This document shows, piece by piece, positions 26,774 through 33,538 of a stretch of DNA of 36,163 bases; position 1 is the first letter of the stretch; the number at the start of each line of letters is the position of its first letter. The notes below the pieces were generated by a model. That model was not told where the DNA came from, did not search any database, and saw nothing but the letters and a program-made list of their open reading frames with translations. The translations under genes and the position numbers were made by a program. Source of the stretch: an uncultured Kordiimonadaceae bacterium (GTDB lineage Bacteria > Pseudomonadota > Alphaproteobacteria > Sphingomonadales > Emcibacteraceae); assembly GCA_937914685.1 (NCBI GenBank), contig CALDNY010000296.1, positions 1-36,163 of the forward strand, in the 5' to 3' direction.

Positions 26774-28621
26774 TTATGCCAAAAGGGCTTTTGCTGAAAT
26801 ATTGACAATGAAAGCCATAAGATAAGCAAGGGCAAAAAGATATCCTGTCATAAAGGCGGTCCAAGCCCAACTGTTGGTCTCGCGCCGTGCGGTGGCGAGG
26901 GTGGCGAAGCATTGGGGCGCATAAACATACCATGTGAGGAACGCAAGCGCCGTTGGTAACGGCCATTGATTTTGCAAAATCGAAGACAGACTTTGGGTAA
27001 CCTGATCTTCATTACCTTGTAAAGCGTAAACCGTGCCTAAGGCGCTGACGGCCACTTCGCGGGCGGCCATGCCGGGAACCAAGGCGATGGATATTTCCCA
27101 ATTAAAGCCAAGCGGCGCGAAAATATGTTGCAGGGTGCGGCCAATAATTCCAGCGTAACTATAAAATATATCAGGTTCTGTGGCCCCTTTAGGGGCATGA
27201 GGATAAAGCGCCAGCGCCCATAGCGCAATCGACATATAAAGGATGATGGTTCCTGCCCGCCTGATAAAAGCCCGAACCCGTTGCCATAAACCAATGAGGA
27301 TATGGCTTATTCGTGGCAACTGATATTTGGGTAGCTCCATCAAAAATGGCTGTAATGTTCCTTTGGTAATGGTGGCTTTCATGACGGCGGCGACGATAAT
27401 TGCGCTTATGATTCCCGCCATATAAAGGGCAAAGAAAACAACGCCCTGAAGACCGAAAAACCCCATGACGGTGTTATTGGGAATAAAGGCCGCTATTAAT
27501 AACGTATAAACAGGAAGTCGCGCTGAGCACGTCATCAAGGGGGCAATCATGATGGTGGTAATGCGGTCACGGTGATTGGCAATGGTTCGCGTTGCCATAA
27601 TGCCCGGAATAGCACAGGCAAAACTGGATAATAGCGGTATAAAGGCCCGACCATTAAGGCCAACCTTGGCCATCAGTTTGTCCATAATAAAAGCGGCCCG
27701 TGCCATATAGCCACTCGCTTCCATGATAAGAATAAAAACAAACAAGATAATAATTTGCGGTAAAAACACCAAAACGCTACCAACTCCGGCGATCACGCCG
27801 TCGGTCAATAACCCCCTAATCCAATTATCAGGAAGATGCTCATTAATCAGCTGACCCAAGCTGGCAAAGCCGCCCTCTATCAGGTCCATTGGTCCCTCGG
27901 CCCAACTAAAGACCGCTTGGAACATAAAAAACAGGATCGCAAAAAATAAAATCGGGCCTACGACGGGATTGAGGGCAATATTATCCAGAGTACGGGTTAA
28001 TTTATGCTCCCCTCCTTCGGCAATTTGTACTAATTTAGTGATGCGTCCGGCTTCTTTTTGTAATGCTCGAGTTGAGGTGTCTGATAATGTATTTATTGGT
28101 TTTTCATAAGAAGAACGATCACGGTCTAATATTTCCCTTAAAGCATTTATACCACTGCGGCGCACGGCAATGGTGGTAATAACCCGCAGGTTCAATTCTT
28201 CTGATAATCGTTTAACATCAATTTCAATACCGTCTCGCGTCGCAAGATCATGCATATTCAGGGCAATGATCATCGGCAGACCAAGGGTTTTAAGCTCGAG
28301 CACCAGACGAAGGTGAACCCGTAAATTGGATGCATTAACAACACAGATTAATATTTCGGGCTGTTGTTCGCTTTGGTGAACGCCGGTGATAATTTCTCGG
28401 GTTATTTTTTCGTCCAAACTGCGGTCATGAAGGCTATAAATGCCCGGTAGATCGACAAGTTTAATATGGTGTCCTGCTTGGGTTGTGACGATGCCTGAAC
28501 GGCGCTCGACCGTAACACCGGGGTAATTGGCTACCTTTTGATGGCCTCCTGTCAAGGTATTAAAAAGTGAACTTTTGCCTGAATTTGGCGCACCGATCAG
28601 TGCTGCTCTAAGCGCGCTCAT
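26774..28621 (-). CDS. feoB: Ferrous iron transporter B
   Basis: G1 GAPNSGKS, NYPGVTVE, DLPG, NMHD; membrane motifs SGYMAR, CSARLP and AREV. Confidence 0.96.
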   Translation of the reverse strand: MSALRAALIGAPNSGKSSLFNTLTGGHQKVANYPGVTVERRSGIVTTQAGHHIKLVDLPGIYSLHDRSLDEKITREIITGVHQSEQQPEILICVVNASNLRVHLRLVLELKTLGLPMIIALNMHDLATRDGIEIDVKRLSEELNLRVITTIAVRRSGINALREILDRDRSSYEKPINTLSDTSTRALQKEAGRITKLVQIAEGGEHKLTRTLDNIALNPVVGPILFFAILFFMFQAVFSWAEGPMDLIEGGFASLGQLINEHLPDNWIRGLLTDGVIAGVGSVLVFLPQIIILFVFILIMEASGYMARAAFIMDKLMAKVGLNGRAFIPLLSSFACAIPGIMATRTIANHRDRITTIMIAPLMTCSARLPVYTLLIAAFIPNNTVMGFFGLQGVVFFALYMAGIISAIIVAAVMKATITKGTLQPFLMELPKYQLPRISHILIGLWQRVRAFIRRAGTIILYMSIALWALALYPHAPKGATEPDIFYSYAGIIGRTLQHIFAPLGFNWEISIALVPGMAAREVAVSALGTVYALQGNEDQVTQSLSSILQNQWPLPTALAFLTWYVYAPQCFATLATARRETNSWAWTAFMTGYLFALAYLMAFIVNISAKALLA

Positions 28622-28887
28622 GAATTATTCTCTAATGCATCTATGATGATAGCGTCCGCTTCTGCTCTGCGTAAGGCTATGGTCATGCTACCAATTTTAA
28701 CAGCAAGAGGATCACGGCCAATGGGGCCCTGATGCAAAAGCTCAACACTTAATCCTTCTTCAAAGCCAATTTCGAGCAACCTGTCTTCTAAGTCGGCGGC
28801 GAAGAGTTGATCGGCAAGGCGAGACGTATCGAAACCTTTAACCTTACTGATTTGTCCAATTTTTAGATCCGTTAAATATTTAGTCAT
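28618..28887 (-). CDS. feoA: Ferrous iron transport protein A
   Basis: RLLEIGF.EG…GPIGRDPL…IALRR.EA; 4-bp overlap with feoB. Confidence 0.92.
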   Translation of the reverse strand: MTKYLTDLKIGQISKVKGFDTSRLADQLFAADLEDRLLEIGFEEGLSVELLHQGPIGRDPLAVKIGSMTIALRRAEADAIIIDALENNS

Positions 28888-28904
28888 TCTGTATTTATCG
28901 CTAG

Positions 28905-28921
28905 TTGATTATAATTCTTAA
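28905..28921. promoter_or_regulatory. Possible Fur-like box upstream of feoA
   Basis: TTGATTAT-A-ATTCTTAA, 3 mismatches to the palindrome TTGAGAAT-N-ATTCTCAA. The AT-rich context weakens the call. Confidence 0.35.
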
Positions 28922-29006
28922 TATCATTTACTCTTAAAGGATTTTATTCCTTAATGAAACAAAATAATATGATATAAATCAAAGAAAATAAAAGGAGATA
29001 AAAAAT

Positions 29007-29873
29007 ATGTTTTTTGATTTTAAAAATCAAGTTGCCATTGTCACGGGTGCGGGTGGTGGATTGGGTCGTAGTTATGCTCTTGCCTTGGCGGCACGGGGGG
29101 CATCGGTGGTTATTAATGATTTGAATAATGCTCAAGCTGTTGTAGAAGAAATCATTAAAAACGGCGGCAAGGCCATCGCTAATAATGGCAATGTAGCCTC
29201 TAATGAAGATATGCAAAAAATGGCGGCGCAGGCGATTGACGCTTACGGTCGTATTGATATTTTGGTTAATAATGCCGGAATATTACGGGATAAATCATTC
29301 GCTAAGATGCAATTAGAGGATTTTAAAGCGGTTATGGATGTCCACCTTATGGGTAGTGTTAATGCGAGTAAAGCCGTGTTAGCGACCATGCAGGACCAAC
29401 AATATGGCCGCATTATCATGATTTCGTCTTCTAGTGGTCTTTATGGAAATTTTGGTCAAAGTAATTATGGCGCCGCTAAAATGGGCGTTGTCGGTCTTAT
29501 GAATACATTTAAGCTTGAATTTAAAAAATACAATATTCACGTCAATACAGTCGTGCCTATTGCCGCGACACAGATGACCGAAAATTTAATGCCTGAGGAA
29601 GCCTTGAAAATTTTAAACCCTGACCTTGTTAGCCCCGCTATTGTTTATCTGAGTGCAAAAGAGGCACCAAACGGGGAAATTATTTCGGCGGGCGGCGGCA
29701 GTTTTGCCCGGGCGCGTATTGTTGAAAGTGAGGCTCTATATTTAGGGAATGATGCAAGTGGCGAGATGATCGCTGAAAACTGGTCTAAAATAACTGATCC
29801 GCTGGGTGAAAAATCAATCGCCAGCGGACCAGAACATAGTTTAAAATTTATTTCTAAAGCTTTTAGCTCTTAA
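29007..29873 (+). CDS. SDR-family oxidoreductase, (3R)-hydroxyacyl-CoA dehydrogenase/MFE-2-like
   Basis: TGAGGGLG, NNAGILRDKSF, GNFGQSNYGAAK (YxxxK). Confidence 0.88.
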   Translation: MFFDFKNQVAIVTGAGGGLGRSYALALAARGASVVINDLNNAQAVVEEIIKNGGKAIANNGNVASNEDMQKMAAQAIDAYGRIDILVNNAGILRDKSFAKMQLEDFKAVMDVHLMGSVNASKAVLATMQDQQYGRIIMISSSSGLYGNFGQSNYGAAKMGVVGLMNTFKLEFKKYNIHVNTVVPIAATQMTENLMPEEALKILNPDLVSPAIVYLSAKEAPNGEIISAGGGSFARARIVESEALYLGNDASGEMIAENWSKITDPLGEKSIASGPEHSLKFISKAFSS

Positions 29874-29876
29874 ATA

Positions 29877-31385
29877 TTATTCAGTGTCGAATTTAATGCC
29901 TTGAGCAAGGGGTAATTCAGTTGAATAATTGACAGTGCTTGTCATGCGGCGCATGTAGCCACGCCATGCGTCAGAACCGCTTTCGCGTCCACCACCGGTT
30001 TCTTTTTCACCACCAAAAGCACCACCGATTTCAGCACCACTTGTGCCGATATTAACGTTGGCAATACCGCAATCACTGCCGACTTCTGATGTGAAAATTT
30101 CAGCTTCCAAAATATTCGTCGTAAAAATTGCAGAAGAAAGCCCTTGTGGCACATCATTTTGACGGAAGATGGCATCATCTAGGTCTGTATATTTAAAGAC
30201 ATATAAAATAGGGGCGAATGTTTCTGTTTTAACATTATTGACTTCACCCTTCATCTCTACCAGTGCGGCATTAACATAATAGGCATTTGGATATTCTTCT
30301 TGTATAGCGCGACCACCACCAGTGACTACGCCGCCATTGCTTTTTGCCAATTCAAGAGCTTTTTGCATATTGTTAAAGCTGTCTTCGTCAATCAATGGAC
30401 CCATTAAAGTCCCTTCATCAAGCGGGTTGCCAATAGAAACACCAGCAAATGCCTTTTTAATGCGCGGGATCAGAGCGTCATAAACATCATCGTGAACAAA
30501 CAAGCGTCTTGTTGTGGTACAACGTTGTCCACAAGTGCCGACTGTGCCAAAGACGATCCCTTGGAAAGCAAGATCAAGATCAGCATGTTTTGAAACGGTG
30601 ATAGCGTTGTTGCCACCAAGTTCCAGAATTGATTTGCCGAAACGTTTTGCAACATTCGCACCAACAATACGGCCCATTGCACTGCTTCCTGTTGCACTGA
30701 TCAATGCGACACTTTCACTGGCAACGAGGGCTTCACCGATGTCTCTGTCGCCGGTAAGGGTTTGCGAAAGACCTTTTGGCGCATCATCACCAAATTCGGC
30801 ACAAGCAAGCTCAAAAAGTTTTTGACACGCGAGCGCGGTTACCGGTGATTTTTCTGAAGATTTCCAAATGGTGCTGTTACCACAGACAAGTGCCAATGCC
30901 GCATTCCAAGACCAAACAGCCACTGGAAAATTAAAGGCACTGATGATACCAACAGGGCCTAACGGTTGCCAGATTTCACGCATTTTATGAAGTGGGCGTT
31001 CAGATACAATGGTGAGACCATGCAACATGCGACTTTGCCCAACGGCGTAATCGCAAATATCGATCATTTCTTGAACTTCACCCAAGCCTTCTTGGTAAAT
31101 TTTACCACACTCCAAAGTAACGAGAGCGCCTAACGCCCCTTTCTTTTCACGCAGAATATTACCAAGGATACGAACAAGCTCGCCGCGGCGCGGGGCTGGA
31201 ACTTTACGCCATGCCTTAAAAGCGGTAACTGACTGGGCTATTTTTGATTTAGTCTCTTCAACGCTGTCTGTTTTAACGGCGGCAATTTCTGAACCGTCAG
31301 TGGGGCTATAGACTTTAAGATCTCCGCCTTTAACGTCGGCATCGGTTAATCCTAAAGCATCGTATATTTCTTGGGTATTCATCAT
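29877..31385 (-). CDS. ALDH7-family aldehyde dehydrogenase (piperideine-6-carboxylate/aminoadipate semialdehyde dehydrogenase, AmaB/Pcd-like)
   Basis: GEVQEMIDICD, AFNFPVAVW, LELGGNNA, GQRCTT, SDCGIANVNIGTSGAEIGGAFGGEKETGGGRESGSD and LPLAQGIKF. Confidence 0.92.
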   Translation of the reverse strand: MMNTQEIYDALGLTDADVKGGDLKVYSPTDGSEIAAVKTDSVEETKSKIAQSVTAFKAWRKVPAPRRGELVRILGNILREKKGALGALVTLECGKIYQEGLGEVQEMIDICDYAVGQSRMLHGLTIVSERPLHKMREIWQPLGPVGIISAFNFPVAVWSWNAALALVCGNSTIWKSSEKSPVTALACQKLFELACAEFGDDAPKGLSQTLTGDRDIGEALVASESVALISATGSSAMGRIVGANVAKRFGKSILELGGNNAITVSKHADLDLAFQGIVFGTVGTCGQRCTTTRRLFVHDDVYDALIPRIKKAFAGVSIGNPLDEGTLMGPLIDEDSFNNMQKALELAKSNGGVVTGGGRAIQEEYPNAYYVNAALVEMKGEVNNVKTETFAPILYVFKYTDLDDAIFRQNDVPQGLSSAIFTTNILEAEIFTSEVGSDCGIANVNIGTSGAEIGGAFGGEKETGGGRESGSDAWRGYMRRMTSTVNYSTELPLAQGIKFDTE

Positions 31386-31671
31386 TTTTATATTCCTATT
31401 TTAAAGTATGTAGCTAATTTGATTTGGTTTGTAACAGGAGTTGCTGTTTGTCGGCAACATTAAATTGGTTTTGACATTTTCTTTTCACATTGGATAAATG
31501 ACAACGAATGTTTATGATTTCAAAAATATAAGGAGATATTTCAGTTATATATATGCTTCGTAAATTTTTATGCTCTTTAAATGTAGTATATGAACTATAT
31601 ACTTGGTAAAATGAACAAAAGTCAATCTAATTAGAACAATTTTTGTTAAATTAATGCTTAATGAGTGTTAA

Positions 31672-32106
31672 TTATGGTATCCTATTGAACTTTGATGATA
31701 ATATAATATGACTTTCTGTATTTATCACCCCATCGAGCATGGCAATGTTGGTAAGAACCGTGTCCATTTGATGGTTATTGTCAGTACGAACCAAGATCAT
31801 AAAATCAATAGAACCTGCAACCGTGGCCAAGCAATCAACTTCTGCCATATTATAGAGAGCTTGTTCTATTTGCGCAGTTTTCTTGGGGTCGCGGGTGATT
31901 GTTACATAACAGCGCGCATCATTCTCAAGGGCTTGAGACTTAAGTTTTACCGTATAACAATCAACGACTTTCTCTTCCAATCGACCCAGCATCATATGAA
32001 TGGTCGATCTGGCAAGGTTAAGCTTACGCCCAAGCTCTGCCGCGCTCATTCTGCTGTTGATTTTAAGGAGATCAAGAAGTTTTTTCTCACTTTTCTGTAA
32101 ATCCAT
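31672..32106 (-). CDS. Lrp/AsnC-family transcriptional regulator
   Basis: N-terminal HTH (NSRMSAAELGRKLNLARST) and RAM domain (VAGSIDF). ATG 32106 has SD AGGTG and is preferred to GTG 32115. Confidence 0.9.
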   Translation of the reverse strand: MDLQKSEKKLLDLLKINSRMSAAELGRKLNLARSTIHMMLGRLEEKVVDCYTVKLKSQALENDARCYVTITRDPKKTAQIEQALYNMAEVDCLATVAGSIDFMILVRTDNNHQMDTVLTNIAMLDGVINTESHIILSSKFNRIP

Positions 32107-32241
32107 ATTTTTCACCTATTTATAAATTTATGAACAATATACTATTAAAAGACATTTTACTATATAAAAACAGACATTTGTTCAGCTAAAAATGCATTTA
32201 ATCGTAGTTTATGTGATATAAAAGCCAAATTCATCAGACAT

Positions 32242-32308
32242 TACTTTAATTTATAGTCTGTGCTTAAATTCTCTGTACTTTAATTTTTTGTACTCTAATT
32301 TATAGTCT
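32242..32308 (+). repeat. 18-bp near-perfect direct repeat plus a partial third copy, upstream of the DmpA-like gene
   Basis: TACTTTAATTTATAGTCT at 32242-32259, TACTCTAATTTATAGTCT at 32291-32308, TACTTTAATTT at 32276-32286. Confidence 0.7.
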
Positions 32309-32335
32309 TTGAAAAAATATGGAGCATTGAACCTT

Positions 32336-33496
32336 ATGTTTAAAACTTTCACTTTAACCTTGATATCAACTTGTCTTGTTTTTCTGTCATTATCGCAGCT
32401 TTCTTTGGCCGAACAAGTTAGGGCGCGCGACTTAGGCATCAAGCCGGGTATTTTAAAAACGGGAAAATATAATGCCATTACAGATGTAAAAGGCGTTTTG
32501 GTTGGACATGTCACTTTAAATAAAGGGGATAGCATTCGCACAGGGGCGACGGCGATCTTGCCTCACGGCGGTAATATTTATCAGGATAAAGTACCAGCGG
32601 CAGCCGTGATCGGTAACGGCTTTGGTAAAATGATGGGCTATAGTCAAATTCATGAATTAGGGGAAATCGAAACGCCGATCGTGCTAACCAATACTTTAAA
32701 TGTGCCACGGGCGGCCGATGCGATTATAGACTGGACATTAAAGCAAAAAGGGAACGAAGCAGTACGCAGTGTTAATGCGGTCGTGGGCGAGACTAATGAC
32801 GCTAACTTAAATGATATTCGCGGACGTCATTTGACGCCAGAGATTATCATTAAAGCCATCGAAAATGCCAAAAGCGGTATCGTTGGTGAAGGATCTATTG
32901 GCGCGGGTATGGGTACAGTGGCCTTTGGCTGGAAAGGCGGCATTGGCACCTCATCGCGAGTTTTGCCCGCAGAATTAGGCGGCTATACGGTCGGTGTGCT
33001 TATTCAGAGTAACTTTGGCGGTATTCTTATGATGGACGGTGTGCCGATTGGCGAAGAACTTAATCAATTTTATTTGAAGGAATATGTGGATAGTGATGTG
33101 GCCGATGGTTCAATTATGATGATTGTGGCAACGGACGCCCCCTTGTCGGACCGTAATTTACGCCGCCTTGCTGAGCGCGCCCTGACTGGCCTTGCTCGCA
33201 CAGGGTCCTCCATGACCAATGGTAGCGGTGATTATGTAATAAGTTTTTCAACCGCGGACAGTGTTCGCAGAACGAAAATACAGCGAAATCAAAAGGCAAC
33301 AATAGAGGATATTCCAAACAATCGCGTCTCACCGCTTTTTCAAGCCGTTAATGAAGCGACAGAAGAGGCTATTTTAAATTCTTTATTAATGGCGACCACT
33401 GTTACAACAAAGGATGTCAGAAGCGGAGAAATTAAAACCGTTAATGAACTGCCCGTTGATAAAGTTCGCGAAATTTTAAAGAAATACAATAGATGA
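32336..33496 (+). CDS. dmpA: DmpA/BapA-type (P1 family) self-processing aminopeptidase, with signal peptide
   Basis: NAITDV.GV.VGH, NGFGK, ETPIVLTNT, VGETND, KGGIGTSSR and the NG|SGDY autoproteolysis site. ATG 32336 follows GGAG; signal …LSLA|EQ. Confidence 0.9.
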   Translation: MFKTFTLTLISTCLVFLSLSQLSLAEQVRARDLGIKPGILKTGKYNAITDVKGVLVGHVTLNKGDSIRTGATAILPHGGNIYQDKVPAAAVIGNGFGKMMGYSQIHELGEIETPIVLTNTLNVPRAADAIIDWTLKQKGNEAVRSVNAVVGETNDANLNDIRGRHLTPEIIIKAIENAKSGIVGEGSIGAGMGTVAFGWKGGIGTSSRVLPAELGGYTVGVLIQSNFGGILMMDGVPIGEELNQFYLKEYVDSDVADGSIMMIVATDAPLSDRNLRRLAERALTGLARTGSSMTNGSGDYVISFSTADSVRRTKIQRNQKATIEDIPNNRVSPLFQAVNEATEEAILNSLLMATTVTTKDVRSGEIKTVNELPVDKVREILKKYNR

Positions 33497-33538
33497 TTTT
33501 CTTGCAGTGATAAGGACCATTGTGCTAAGTCCCGCCCC

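Noticed and set aside
31401-31460. 19-codon minus-strand ORF (MLPTNSNSCYKPNQISYIL) upstream of ALDH7, as a leader peptide
   Set aside because: No SD, no run of Lys or other regulatory codons, and no attenuator with a U-tract.
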